Shown: positions 48,299 through 59,054 of the stretch, piece by piece
Numbering within the stretch: position 1 is the stretch's first letter
How the letters are laid out: the number at the start of each line of letters is the position of its first letter
Notes under the pieces: model-generated
What the model saw: only the letters and a program-made list of their open reading frames with translations
Database searches by the model: none
Told to the model about the DNA's origin: nothing
Source of the DNA: Vampirovibrionaceae bacterium NZW_1234
GTDB lineage: Bacteria > Cyanobacteriota > Vampirovibrionia > Vampirovibrionales > JAGQHJ01
Length of the DNA stretch: 64,000 bases
Direction: 5' to 3'
NCBI GenBank assembly: GCA_041697335.1
Contig: JBGUGD010000015.1
Location: forward strand, 32,001-96,000
Translations under genes and position numbers: made by a program

Positions 48299-48324
48299 AT
48301 TGGTATAAGTTGATGATGATGTCT

Positions 48325-50370
48325 TTAGAAACGTTTTAACAACACCGTGTTACTAAAGGGTGAAGCACCATTGTTGTTAATGGCCCGAACCCGATAGTAA
48401 ACATCCCGCCAATTGCTGAACGTGGAAAAAGACCATCCTGTGACATTGGCATTAACCTTGCCAGCGACACTGAAGTTACTGTTAGGCTCAAAGCTGGACC
48501 AAATTTCGAACTGTGTCTCATTGGTTGAGTTGTCCTTCCAGTTCAGGATGACTTGCTTCTGGTTGCTGAACTTTTTGTTCGCCTCTTGCACCGTAACAAC
48601 CAGATTAGAGGGTGCCAAAGGTGCCGCCGGAGCAGGAGCCGGTGCGGGAGCCGGCCCAGGTGCGGGAGCAGGTGCAGGAGCTGGCCCAGGTGCGGGAGCA
48701 GGTGCAGGGGCGGATACACCCACACTGATGCTGGCGGTATTGGAGGGTGGTGTCAACCCAGCATCATTGTATGTCCGTACATGGTAGTAATAGGTTCCTG
48801 GGTTTACCGTATCCGTCCATGTTGTGGCGTTTACCCCAATACTGGCGATTTTGGTAAAGCCGGAGGTCGCACTGGTACTGCGCCAGACTTCATAACCGAC
48901 TTCGTTAGTGGCATTGTCACTCCAGCGCATATCGATAGCAAAGGTCCCGTTACTGTTGGTACGAGCTTGCAGGGTCAAATTACTGGGAGTTGCCGGAATA
49001 CCTGCAGGGGCAGGAGCAGGTGCTGGACCAGGAGCAGGCGCTGGTGCCGGACCCGGGGCAGGAGCCGGTGCTGGAGCTGGTCCTGGAGAGGGTGCCGGAG
49101 CAGGAGTACCGGAACTGAGGATAAAGAATACAGGCCCACCATAAGCATTGCCGGTATAACTGGTAATGCTACCAGCTTGAGCCACCTGACTCCCATACAC
49201 GTTATAGGCACCTTGAATGCTCAACGGTTGCGGGAAATTTACTGTGGTATTGTTGAGACTGATAGGCCACCATGCCAGAATTTTCTGGCCATTGGATTGA
49301 TTTTGAAACAAGATGGCCCGCATCCCATTGCCATAATTGACATTGTCCCCAGTACAATTCGCCAAAAGGTTATTGGTATAGGTCAATGCCCGGGTAACTT
49401 CATTATCCCGATCCAGGCGGTACTCGTCCCCGGAATCCATACCGTACATCGTGCTTAAATAGACCCCGGCATAATAGTCGTCCAGCATTAGACGTATATT
49501 CTGCTTGGCCGAAAAGTCCAAGGGCGTTTGTGTAATAGAGGACTGCTGGCTGGGAGCTGCCGAAAACTCGGTATTCACAATGGGTAGTACTCTGCCACCA
49601 TTGTATTGTGACATCCACTGCTTGTATTGTTCAAACCAAGCTTCCTGATTTTCCAAGCCATAGTACGGACCGTTATTACGCTCGTTAGGATGCGGCGGAT
49701 CGTAGGAGTGAATGGCAAAGGCATTGATCCCTTTCAAAGCCCCAGCTGCCATGGCTCGCTTGGTAAAATCGGAATCCCAATACGCGTGAGCAATCCCACC
49801 ATTAACAATGTATGCATTGGGATCGGCTTGTCGCATGGCTGCCGTAGAGGCTTCAACTAACCTGCCAAAGTTCTCGGGGTTGGGGGAAGGCCAGAACTGG
49901 TTCAAATCCGGTTCATTCCAAATTTCCCAGATAACACCCTTGTCTTTGTATCGAGCTGCCGCAGCTGCCGCAAAGCGTGCAAAGGCATCCCGATTCTCCT
50001 GGGTGGAAATACCGGTTTGCGTCCCAGCTCCACCGTTATAAAGGTTGTTGTTGTAGTCCAGCACAAAGATGGGCTTCATGCCGTTTTGGGCTAATGTATT
50101 GTAGAGCTGATCAAAGAAACTGAAGTCATACTGACCTCTGTTGCGCTCAATACTGGCCCAGCTCATATCATACCGAACCCGTCCAAACCCCATGGTTTTG
50201 GCACGTGAGATTCCGGTTTGCCAAGATGAAACCCATGAGAAATTCGAAACAGCGGTCGTATCACGATACAGCGGCCCTGCGGCGAAGGCAGGCATTGCAA
50301 AGCCAACAGTCAGGGTTGCGGCTAAGGCAGATGCCAAGAAGGACTTACGAAATAAAGTTGTGATCGTCAA
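48325..50370 (-). CDS. Secreted clan GH-A glycoside hydrolase with two FN3 domains and Pro-Ala linkers
   Basis: Signal peptide (AFA), WEIWNEPD acid/base, NTEF nucleophile, W.DN.TNE..YE FN3 repeats; TTG start with AGGAG RBS. Confidence 0.85.
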   Translation of the reverse strand: MTITTLFRKSFLASALAATLTVGFAMPAFAAGPLYRDTTAVSNFSWVSSWQTGISRAKTMGFGRVRYDMSWASIERNRGQYDFSFFDQLYNTLAQNGMKPIFVLDYNNNLYNGGAGTQTGISTQENRDAFARFAAAAAARYKDKGVIWEIWNEPDLNQFWPSPNPENFGRLVEASTAAMRQADPNAYIVNGGIAHAYWDSDFTKRAMAAGALKGINAFAIHSYDPPHPNERNNGPYYGLENQEAWFEQYKQWMSQYNGGRVLPIVNTEFSAAPSQQSSITQTPLDFSAKQNIRLMLDDYYAGVYLSTMYGMDSGDEYRLDRDNEVTRALTYTNNLLANCTGDNVNYGNGMRAILFQNQSNGQKILAWWPISLNNTTVNFPQPLSIQGAYNVYGSQVAQAGSITSYTGNAYGGPVFFILSSGTPAPAPSPGPAPAPAPAPGPAPAPAPGPAPAPAPAGIPATPSNLTLQARTNSNGTFAIDMRWSDNATNEVGYEVWRSTSATSGFTKIASIGVNATTWTDTVNPGTYYYHVRTYNDAGLTPPSNTASISVGVSAPAPAPAPGPAPAPAPAPGPAPAPAPAPAAPLAPSNLVVTVQEANKKFSNQKQVILNWKDNSTNETQFEIWSSFEPNSNFSVAGKVNANVTGWSFSTFSNWRDVYYRVRAINNNGASPFSNTVLLKRF
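48620..48711 (-). repeat. Pro-Ala-Gly linker repeat 2
   Basis: Encodes APAPAPAPGPAPAPAPAPGPAP... Confidence 0.85.
49003..49105 (-). repeat. Pro-Ala-Gly linker repeat 1
   Basis: Encodes PAPAPSPGPAPAPAPAPGP... Confidence 0.85.
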
Positions 50371-50944
50371 AACTCCTGTCCCCTAAATTATTCTCTTCTA
50401 CTTACTTCAGATGCAAACGCTTGGTCAGCTAACCAAGCGTACTAAGTTTTGCCTCGCATAGGCCGAGTCAAAAATGAGATTTCTCATATTTCACACATCA
50501 CTTTAAATTTACCACTCCGATTCCCTCCAACTTCCTGCATCAGCGGCTTTTGAGGCAAGGCTGTTGAAGAATCAGAATTACGACCAAAATAGCAATTTAT
50601 TTTTTGGAGGGTCTTTATTGAGGCATCACCAACATTGTCCGCAATGTGGCCTGGGCGAAAGCTATTTTTGGCCTTGGTCAAAAGAAAGGTGCTTCATCTA
50701 TGTGGAACGGGTATAGAACCTTCACAACGTCTCGCTTATTACGTTCGGCTGGGATACTCGCCATATTTCCCAAATATCAGTCACGGCTCAGCTTTATTCG
50801 TGCGGCACTGTCTCACACATCAAAGCCACACCCTCGTAGGTGGTCTCCTTTTTCCTGGCAAAACACTCACTGATTCCCCGGACAACCAGCAAATCTATTG
50901 AGACTATTTATTCCCACACTGGCAAAGACTCATGAAAAGGAAGT

Positions 50945-51676
50945 TTGACATCTATGTCTACCCAAAATGCTCATTCTGTTTCCAACCTCCTCGCCAGTCA
51001 TAATGCTCCCGCCAATATGTCCATTTCTGCCGCATTAACATTCGACTGGCAATGGAACACTCGACCATGGCACTTGATTCAGCAAGGTTTGAAGCGAATC
51101 GGTGATTTTGTACTCGCACTAATCGGATTAATCGGGCTTTTACCGCTATTTTTGGGGATTGCCCTAGCCATCAAGCTCACGTCTCCCGGCCCGGTTTTTT
51201 ATAAAAGCCCTCGAATCGGCAAAGATTTTGAGCCGTTCTCAATGTATAAATTTCGCACCATGAGGCCTGACGCAGACAATCTTCGGGACGGCTTACGGGA
51301 AAAAGCCGAACTCCACGGTGAGCTCTTCAAGCTGAAAAATGACCCACGGATCACCACGATAGGCCGTTTTTTAAGAGCCTCCAGTCTGGATGAACTGCCG
51401 CAACTCATCAACGTTTTACTGGGCCATATGAGCCTCGTGGGACCTCGCCCCTTGCCACCAGATGAAAGTGCGCTATTTGAAGAGCCTTACACTGTCCGGT
51501 TTGCCGTCCTCCCAGGAATTACGGGGAAATGGCAGGTTAGTGGTCGCTCCAGCCTTTCGTTTGAAGAAATGTGTTCATTGGAGTGGACTTATGTGAAACA
51601 GTGGAGCCTTTGGCAAGATGTTCACATTCTTCTTTTAACGATTCCAGCCGTGGTACTCCGGAAGGGTGCCTATTAA
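50945..51676 (+). CDS. Priming sugar-phosphate transferase (WcaJ/WbaP C-terminal-type)
   Basis: KRIGD, YKFRTM, SLDELPQL.NVL.G.MSLVGPRP, PGITG.WQV.GRS. Confidence 0.93.
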   Translation: MTSMSTQNAHSVSNLLASHNAPANMSISAALTFDWQWNTRPWHLIQQGLKRIGDFVLALIGLIGLLPLFLGIALAIKLTSPGPVFYKSPRIGKDFEPFSMYKFRTMRPDADNLRDGLREKAELHGELFKLKNDPRITTIGRFLRASSLDELPQLINVLLGHMSLVGPRPLPPDESALFEEPYTVRFAVLPGITGKWQVSGRSSLSFEEMCSLEWTYVKQWSLWQDVHILLLTIPAVVLRKGAY

Positions 51677-53412
51677 GCGCTGTCAGCGTCACCCATCTTA
51701 AAACACTGCTCAATGCCCTGACAAATGGCTTGAATTACCTTATTCTGATGCTTTGGATCCAAACATCGCTCGGCATCTTCGGGATAGGTCAAAAACCCTA
51801 GCTCCAGTAACACAGACGGCATCGTCATAACACGGCAAAGATGCAAGCTATCGTACACCACGCCATAATCGTCAAACTCTGTGCTGTTAGTAAGCACGTT
51901 TTGAAAGCACCGGGCAAAAGGCAAGGCAAAGGAATGATAATAAAACGTGGCCACCCCACGTTCGGTTTTCGGGTCTCGGCCATCGGGCAAGGCATTATGA
52001 TGCAGGCTCAACAACAAGTGACCACCAGCTTCCTGAGCCGTTTTTACACGCTCAGCGAGTGTCTTCTCATTATCTTCATCACGAGTGAGAACTACCGTAT
52101 AACCCGCATTAGCCTCCATGGCTCTTTTAATCCCCAGGGCCAAGTGGAAGTTGAGCGCTTTTTCAGGGGTCCCATCGGGTGCCTTCGCCCCGAATTCTTC
52201 TCCCCCATGACCAGGGTCAATAACAATAACACGATTGGCTGAAGGCATACTCCCTCGGGTACGCACTCGAAGGCAAAGCCTCTGAGCATCCGGAGAATAC
52301 TCTCTCTCTAGTCCCCAAACATCAGAGCTAAAGGACGCTTCCAAGCATACAGTATCCGAAGAAACTTGCTGCCACCGAATTTCATTTAGCCCCAGCTCGA
52401 AGGCCAACGAGTCATAACGGATGACATCACACCGCGAGACGGCTTGGTAAAAATGTATCCGGACCAACCTCGGCTGAATCTCAATTTGATGCGCCAACAA
52501 TCGGGACATCGGGATTGACAATTCAATTCCCAGGGGTGTGCCCTTGGCCTGAAGCGTATGTATTTGAACCTGCGTAGGAATCAGTGGTACATCCAACAAT
52601 CGGATATCTTCAGCCTGAAGCCAGACCTGTTTTGTTTGAGTCAGTTGAGCCTTATAATGGGGCCCATCAAAGCCCACTAAATCGACGCAAGTACCTTCTA
52701 AAAATGGGGTTAACCTTGCACCCTCTTCCTTAGCCGTTCTGACGATAGCCTCCTGAGCAGTCACCATGGCCTGAAGCCTTTTACCATAAGGCAGAATGGT
52801 CAGTGTGCCAGGAGTTCGAACCTCAATACGCTGACTGTCTGAATGCAGTGCATATTGCACGCTTAGATTTGGCATCGGCGGCGTGTTAACCGGAATTTGA
52901 ACATAGGCCCCATAGATCTCCCCTCTGGGCCATGGGGTACGTACTTGGTGTAATTCACCAAAAATCCCTTCCCGGGTATCGAGGACTTGGCCAATCGGGC
53001 TCATTTCCGTGGGTCGGCTCATGAGCCACTCTATGCGGCAAGTCACTTTGGCCTGCTTTGGGCCTGGACAAAGTAACAGGATGGTCTCTCCTGGCTGAAC
53101 CCCAACATCGTCTTGGGGCCAAGCATACACATGACTATGCTGTACCGCATCGTCCAAACTCAAAAGGTCGGGCACAGGTTTACGAAGGATCGTAAGTGAG
53201 TGAGTCATTTCAGAGCCATCCGGCTGAATTTCACGGCAGATAAACTGATTTTCGCCCGCCTCAAGACAGACCACCTGGGAAAAGAAACCTTTATCAGACG
53301 GGATCAGCTCTTGATCATTGATGCAAAATCTTGCCCCCGGCACCACGGAACCAATGAGAAACGTGGAAGCTTCAAATGTTTCATGAAACGGGGGAGGATA
53401 TACCAGTAGCAA
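51673..53412 (-). CDS. N-acetylmuramoyl-L-alanine amidase (Amidase_3)
   Basis: IDPGHGG, EK, LTR, SLHHNA, LLELGFL. Confidence 0.92.
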   Translation of the reverse strand: MLLVYPPPFHETFEASTFLIGSVVPGARFCINDQELIPSDKGFFSQVVCLEAGENQFICREIQPDGSEMTHSLTILRKPVPDLLSLDDAVQHSHVYAWPQDDVGVQPGETILLLCPGPKQAKVTCRIEWLMSRPTEMSPIGQVLDTREGIFGELHQVRTPWPRGEIYGAYVQIPVNTPPMPNLSVQYALHSDSQRIEVRTPGTLTILPYGKRLQAMVTAQEAIVRTAKEEGARLTPFLEGTCVDLVGFDGPHYKAQLTQTKQVWLQAEDIRLLDVPLIPTQVQIHTLQAKGTPLGIELSIPMSRLLAHQIEIQPRLVRIHFYQAVSRCDVIRYDSLAFELGLNEIRWQQVSSDTVCLEASFSSDVWGLEREYSPDAQRLCLRVRTRGSMPSANRVIVIDPGHGGEEFGAKAPDGTPEKALNFHLALGIKRAMEANAGYTVVLTRDEDNEKTLAERVKTAQEAGGHLLLSLHHNALPDGRDPKTERGVATFYYHSFALPFARCFQNVLTNSTEFDDYGVVYDSLHLCRVMTMPSVLLELGFLTYPEDAERCLDPKHQNKVIQAICQGIEQCFKMGDADSA

Positions 53413-54115
53413 GGCTTATCTCCTCATCCAATGCTGCTATCACCGCCATCGGATCTGACGCAGCAAGAATCGGTCTTCCGATGACCAAGTAATTGCCGCC
53501 AGCCGCAAGCGCGTCTCGAGGTGTCATCACACGCTTCTGATCATGAATATCGGCTCCACTGGGACGGATTCCTGGGTTGACCAAACACAACCTCGAACTA
53601 ACCTCCGCTCGTACTCGTGTATTTTCATGAGCACTACAAATAATGCCCTCCAAACCTGCCGTTTCAGCGAGCTTGGCGAGATGAATCGCCCACGTCGACG
53701 GCTCAGTAGTCAATTCAGGATAAACATTCTTGAGAGAGGCTTGATCAAGGCTTGTCAGAGCTGTTACGCCAAGCAACCCCAATTTGGAACCCGCCACAAC
53801 CGCTTGTGCCGCTTGTAGCATTTCCAAACCACCACTCAAATGGACCGTTAAAAATCGTACATCCAGAGCCATCAGGCTCTCACAGGCCTTTGCCACTGTG
53901 TTCGGTATGTCGTGCAACTTCAAATCAAGAAAGATCTCAGCCCCCCGAGCCCGGACCTCTCGCACGATGGTAGGTCCCTCACGGTAGAACAACTGCATTC
54001 CAATTTTAAACAGCCCCACCCGCGCGACACAGCGATCGACCCACGTTAACGCTTCCGAACCGGTAGGCACATCCAGAGCCAGAATAAGGGGTGAAGTTGG
54101 TTTTTGTGACGTCAT
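53381..54115 (-). CDS. pyrF: Orotidine-5'-phosphate decarboxylase
   Basis: LALD, FLDLKLHDIPNTV, PGIRP, DQKR, GRPI. Confidence 0.96.
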   Translation of the reverse strand: MTSQKPTSPLILALDVPTGSEALTWVDRCVARVGLFKIGMQLFYREGPTIVREVRARGAEIFLDLKLHDIPNTVAKACESLMALDVRFLTVHLSGGLEMLQAAQAVVAGSKLGLLGVTALTSLDQASLKNVYPELTTEPSTWAIHLAKLAETAGLEGIICSAHENTRVRAEVSSRLCLVNPGIRPSGADIHDQKRVMTPRDALAAGGNYLVIGRPILAASDPMAVIAALDEEISLATGISSPVS

Positions 54116-54232
54116 CGTCCTTAGACTTTCCCATTTTCCACATCGTTGACCATACCCAATGGCTACAGATCAGTATACGACCAAAACACGTTCTGCGGTT
54201 TAGGAAACTCTTATCCTTGAAGGACTAGGCGA

Positions 54233-55096
54233 TCAACGCTGGTCCCGATATAGGCTACGGTAAAAGTCGTTGAGCTTGGTATTCAGCTTTTCCGTTAAGC
54301 TCCGCCGGCTTTTCAGTTTCGCAATCATTTTTTCAGCTTTGCGTAAATTGAGATCGTATTGATTCACGAGACGCCCGATCTGATCGGCAGTAAAGCAGGG
54401 ATCATGCAGCTGTTCTTCCATAATATGCTGCAATGTTTCCAACTCCAAATTGATTTCAGCCACTTCATTGCAAATATCGCGATTCGGGTTGGGGATAAAT
54501 GCCCAAGGTCCTCGTTTGGGCTTGCGCTTGGCTTCAGCAGAAGCCGCACCCGGCTTTAGCCGAGCCAGGGTGGTATACATCGACTGAAACGGGTTAATCT
54601 CCGACAACTTGTCATCTACCAGTTGCAGCTTATGACGCAACAAGCTCAGACGTTCTTCCAAGGCTTCGATTTTTGTGTCGTATTCCCAGCCTTGCAGCTG
54701 GCGGTACTGAACCAGATCATTTTCCAACTCGGTGAGTTCTTTGAGGATCCTGTCACGCATCATCTGGTAGCGGGTACTGGGTGTCGGCAGATACCGTTCC
54801 AGCTGGCTATTGGCTAATTGAGAATCCAAATGATGAAGGACTCGCCCCTGATACTGGGGCGATTGGGCATGAGAGTATGCTTCTGCCGCATCGGACTGAA
54901 GCAAAACCTCCATATCCGGCTTGGTGGGTAAGGAACTCGGCGTTGATTTAAATTCCTGCTTTGGAGCCGATGTCCGTCTACTCAAATGCTTGGATATATA
55001 GTCACTAAGCGACCCAACGGGACGTTCTCCCTCGGTGGCGGAGATATTTGATTCTACCGGTGACGAAGCGTTAAACATATCGTCAGAATTAGACAT
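54233..55096 (-). CDS. Coiled-coil hypothetical protein
   Basis: 287-aa ORF with heptad-rich helices. Confidence 0.7.
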   Translation of the reverse strand: MSNSDDMFNASSPVESNISATEGERPVGSLSDYISKHLSRRTSAPKQEFKSTPSSLPTKPDMEVLLQSDAAEAYSHAQSPQYQGRVLHHLDSQLANSQLERYLPTPSTRYQMMRDRILKELTELENDLVQYRQLQGWEYDTKIEALEERLSLLRHKLQLVDDKLSEINPFQSMYTTLARLKPGAASAEAKRKPKRGPWAFIPNPNRDICNEVAEINLELETLQHIMEEQLHDPCFTADQIGRLVNQYDLNLRKAEKMIAKLKSRRSLTEKLNTKLNDFYRSLYRDQR

Positions 55097-55195
55097 TCAA
55101 GACGGTCCTCTCTAGAGCCTGCTGGTTTTTCTTTCCAATGAAGACAGGGCATGATGGTAATTGTGGTATCGTTAACATGCTGGAAAACTTGAGTC

Positions 55196-58105
55196 TTGTT
55201 TACAAAGGAAGTGTATTCGGAATTGGAAGAAATTCACGTTCACAATGCTGCGGAACATAACCTCAAACATGTGGATTTAACCATTCCTCGGGACAAATTG
55301 GTTGTTTTTACCGGTGTTTCGGGCTCGGGTAAGTCTTCATTAGCTTTTGACACCATTTTTGCTGAAGGCCAGCGCCGCTATGTCGAAAGCTTGAGCAGTT
55401 ATGCCCGCCAATACATTGGCCAGTTCGAAAAACCCAATGTTGAGCTGATTGAAGGGCTTTCGCCAGCTATCTCCATTGACCAAAAAACCGCAAGCCGGAG
55501 TCCTCGATCAACGGTGGGAACGGTAACAGAAATCCTGGATTATCTTCGACTGCTCTATGCCAAAATCGGCACCCCCCATTGCCCCCAATGCGGCCAGAAA
55601 ATTTCAGCCCAGTCTGTCCAGCGCATTGTTGATCGGATTATGTCTTACCCGGACGGGACCAAGCTTCAACTCTTATCGCCCATTGTCCGGGGGCGTAAGG
55701 GGGAATACCGCGCTTTATTCGAACAATTTCGAAAAGAAGGCTTTACTCGGGTCCAAGTGGATGGGGAAACCTTGCTTCTGGAAGAGTTGCCGGATGATTA
55801 CCGCCTGGAGAAAAGCAAGAGCCATACCATCTCAGTCGTGGTGGATCGAATTGTCGTGCGTCAAGAAACTGAAGATTTGGTTATTCGCGTAACGCAAGGC
55901 GTTGAACGAGCCTTAAAGCTATCGGAGGGTTTTATACTCTTAGAAAATATGGATGCTCGCTCGAAAGAAGAGCGGACAGCGCTGTATTCGTTGAAGCTGG
56001 CTTGCCCCAGCTGTGATGTTGGCTATGAAGAACTCGCCCCACGGATGTTTAGCTTCAACAGCCCCTATGGCGCCTGCCAGGCTTGCGACGGTTTAGGAAT
56101 TTCTCTGGCCATTTCTGAACATTTGCTCGTGCCGGATGAAAATAAGACCTTAGAGGAAGGTGCGATTACGCCCTTTCAGAAACTGTTGGGACGGTATTAT
56201 GCCAAATACATCCGTGGCATGTGTAAACAACATCAGATTCGGCGCACCGTCCCCTTTAACCGTCTCACTGAGCGCGAGCGTGCACTCCTTCTCTACGGAG
56301 ACAAAGCCTCGGACTCCGGTGATCTTTTGGCCCAAGCTGCTGAAGATTTAGACTACTCCGCTCGTGATGCCGATGATGATCTCTGGGAAGATTTTGCCGA
56401 TACCTTTGAAGGGGTCATCCCCATGCTACGACGCCGTTACCTGTACGGTTCCACGGCTCAAAAAGAATACATTCAGCAATTTATGGATGAAGTGGTCTGT
56501 GACGCCTGCCACGGCGCCAGATTGAAGCCGGTTAGTCTTTCCGTAAAGCTGGGCCCTTATTCCATTTATGAGTTGGGCGAATTGTCCTTGCGCGAGGCCT
56601 ATCAATTTTTAACCTCGCTGCCAAGCAGTCTCAATGACTTTCAACGGACGGTGGGTCGGGAGCCTCTGCATGAAACCCATCTGAGACTCAAGTTTTTGAT
56701 GGATGTCGGGCTGGACTATTTGACCCTCAACCGACGTTCAGCCACGCTTTCCGGAGGCGAGGCCCAGCGCATTCGCCTGGCTTCCCAAATCGGCGCCGGA
56801 CTCTCTGGGGTGCTCTACGTCTTGGATGAACCCAGCATTGGCCTTCATCCGCATAACAATACCCAGCTCATTGCGACTCTGCAGCACTTACGAGATCTGG
56901 GAAACACCTTAATTGTGGTGGAGCACGATGAAGAGACCATGCGGGCAGCGGACTGGATTGTCGATATCGGTCCCCAGGCTGGACGCTTTGGTGGGGAAAT
57001 TGTGGCTTCAGGCCCTCTAAAGACTATTTTAAAGAACAAAAACTCCTTAACCGGGCAGTACCTTTCTGGGAGACGCAAACTCGTTCCTCCTAAAACCGTC
57101 CGCCCCGGGAACGGTCATATTCTTTCGCTCAAAGGCGCTACATTGCACAACCTGAAAAACATCAGTGTTGATTTTCCCCTGGGAAAATTCATCTGTGTTA
57201 CGGGTTTAAGCGGCTCCGGCAAGTCAACTCTGGTCTTCGACTTGCTGTTCAATCTTCTTCAACATCATTTTGGCAAGCACCGGGTAAAGCCCGAGGGCTT
57301 TAAGAAGATTACCGGGCTGGAGCATCTGGACAAGTTTATTCATATTGACCAATCTCCCATTGGCAGAAGCCCTCGAAGCAACCCAGCAACTTATACCGGA
57401 ATTTTTGACCCCATCCGCAATGTCTTTGCCAATTGTGAGGAGGCGAAAATCAAAGGGTTTAAGCCCGGACATTTCAGTTTTAACGTCGCCTTAGGCCGGT
57501 GCGCCGACTGTAAGGGGGATGGAATGATTCGGATAGAAATGAACTTCTTACCCGATGTTTACAGCCCCTGCAGCACTTGCCAGGGCAAGCGTTATAATCG
57601 GGAAACCCTGGATGTTCGTTACCAGGGCAAATCCATTGCCGATGTGCTCGCGATGACTGTAGAGGAGGCACTTGGCTTTTTTGAAGCCCATGCTCATATT
57701 CAACGTCAACTGCAAGTCTTATCGGACGTCGGGCTCGGTTATGTTCATCTGGGACAACCTGCCACCACGCTTTCCGGTGGTGAAGCACAGCGAATTAAAC
57801 TGGCTACCGAATTTTGTAAACGCTCTACAGGGAAAACTTTATACCTGTTGGATGAGCCAACCATTGGACTCCACTGGCAAGATTTGGAAAATTTGCTGCT
57901 GATTCTGAACCGCTTGGTTGATGCTGGCAATACGGTCATAGTGATTGAGCATAACCTGGACTTAATTAAAATGGCCGATCACATCATTGATCTGGGGCCT
58001 GAAGGCGGGCAGAATGGCGGCGAGATTGTGGCTGAAGGCAGTCCACGAGAGGTTGCCCAACACCCGACATCCTATACGGCACAGTATCTTCAGCCCATGC
58101 TTTAA
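55196..58105 (+). CDS. uvrA: Excinuclease ABC subunit A
   Basis: Two GxSGSGKS Walker A motifs, two LSGGEAQR signatures, CxxC zinc modules. Confidence 0.98.
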   Translation: MFTKEVYSELEEIHVHNAAEHNLKHVDLTIPRDKLVVFTGVSGSGKSSLAFDTIFAEGQRRYVESLSSYARQYIGQFEKPNVELIEGLSPAISIDQKTASRSPRSTVGTVTEILDYLRLLYAKIGTPHCPQCGQKISAQSVQRIVDRIMSYPDGTKLQLLSPIVRGRKGEYRALFEQFRKEGFTRVQVDGETLLLEELPDDYRLEKSKSHTISVVVDRIVVRQETEDLVIRVTQGVERALKLSEGFILLENMDARSKEERTALYSLKLACPSCDVGYEELAPRMFSFNSPYGACQACDGLGISLAISEHLLVPDENKTLEEGAITPFQKLLGRYYAKYIRGMCKQHQIRRTVPFNRLTERERALLLYGDKASDSGDLLAQAAEDLDYSARDADDDLWEDFADTFEGVIPMLRRRYLYGSTAQKEYIQQFMDEVVCDACHGARLKPVSLSVKLGPYSIYELGELSLREAYQFLTSLPSSLNDFQRTVGREPLHETHLRLKFLMDVGLDYLTLNRRSATLSGGEAQRIRLASQIGAGLSGVLYVLDEPSIGLHPHNNTQLIATLQHLRDLGNTLIVVEHDEETMRAADWIVDIGPQAGRFGGEIVASGPLKTILKNKNSLTGQYLSGRRKLVPPKTVRPGNGHILSLKGATLHNLKNISVDFPLGKFICVTGLSGSGKSTLVFDLLFNLLQHHFGKHRVKPEGFKKITGLEHLDKFIHIDQSPIGRSPRSNPATYTGIFDPIRNVFANCEEAKIKGFKPGHFSFNVALGRCADCKGDGMIRIEMNFLPDVYSPCSTCQGKRYNRETLDVRYQGKSIADVLAMTVEEALGFFEAHAHIQRQLQVLSDVGLGYVHLGQPATTLSGGEAQRIKLATEFCKRSTGKTLYLLDEPTIGLHWQDLENLLLILNRLVDAGNTVIVIEHNLDLIKMADHIIDLGPEGGQNGGEIVAEGSPREVAQHPTSYTAQYLQPML

Positions 58106-58114
58106 TTGTTCCGG

Positions 58115-58699
58115 TTACGTTGTCCGTTCAGCCATTTGTCGATTGAAGAAAAACTGAAAGCGCATTGATTCATCCAATTCTCCAGGAGCAACAAAGGGAT
58201 TACTGGTCGCATAAGCCTCTGCAAACACTTTTCTTAAGTTATTGGCAGCATAGCTGGTGCTTTGACCTGAAACACGACCTTTCCCATAGGCTCTTTGATA
58301 AGCTTGTCCTTTAACATCCCCGTTCTTTCCATTCCCAAAGGGATTTTGAGTAGACGCAGACTGCTCGGCGACAGCTCCTGCCAACGCCGCACTGACATTA
58401 TTGCCATTAATGGCAACGACTGCCATATTTAATGTCTTCAGAACATTTTCCAAGCTGCGGCTCGGTTTTTTCTGCGACTTATTGGCATCAGCCATACCTT
58501 CCAATACAGCAGACGGTTGCTGAGGTGCAACAGTATCACTGTTAGACTGTATGTCCATTTGATCACCGGCACCGGAGCTCAACCCCGGAGCTTGAGTGTA
58601 ATCTGCTTTTTGTTGCTGGCTTTTCTCAGAAGATTGTGTCTGTTTCGGTGTAACCGCGTGAAAATTCGGGGCGCCCCCGGTCGCCTGTATCTCTGCCAT
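58115..58699 (-). CDS. Orphan protein with Q/S/A-rich disordered N-terminus
   Basis: GAGGA RBS before ATG 58699 (ORF opens at 58714). Confidence 0.7.
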   Translation of the reverse strand: MAEIQATGGAPNFHAVTPKQTQSSEKSQQQKADYTQAPGLSSGAGDQMDIQSNSDTVAPQQPSAVLEGMADANKSQKKPSRSLENVLKTLNMAVVAINGNNVSAALAGAVAEQSASTQNPFGNGKNGDVKGQAYQRAYGKGRVSGQSTSYAANNLRKVFAEAYATSNPFVAPGELDESMRFQFFFNRQMAERTT

Positions 58700-59054
58700 T
58701 GTCCTCAGCCTCATCCATACTACTACGTTTCGTCCAAGAGCATAAAAACTCGGGTCCAGGGGGTGTTGCTACGACCCAAACGAGACTCAATATTTTATTA
58801 AGAAAGCCTTATCCGTTAAGCATACAAACTGCCATATTTTGCACTACAAAACATATCCAGTTTTGCATTGAATAAATTAATTTGTTTATATTAAATTAAA
58901 GCTATTTTTGATTAAAACCCTAACCATTTAGGGAATACTCTCTATAATGTGGCTTTCATTATAGTATTGTTCTCTCCAACATAAGACAGAATATGCTGGA
59001 GACTGTCTCTCCACCTAAGTTCCGTGAGTGATGTAGCGATAAGGAATTAAACTC

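Noticed and set aside
50417..50440. c-di-AMP (ydaO) riboswitch, suggested by GTCAGCTAACC
   Set aside because: Wrong strand for the adjacent hydrolase gene, and the other conserved ydaO blocks are missing
55100..55195. LexA box upstream of uvrA
   Set aside because: No convincing match to cyanobacterial, Firmicute or E. coli consensus boxes
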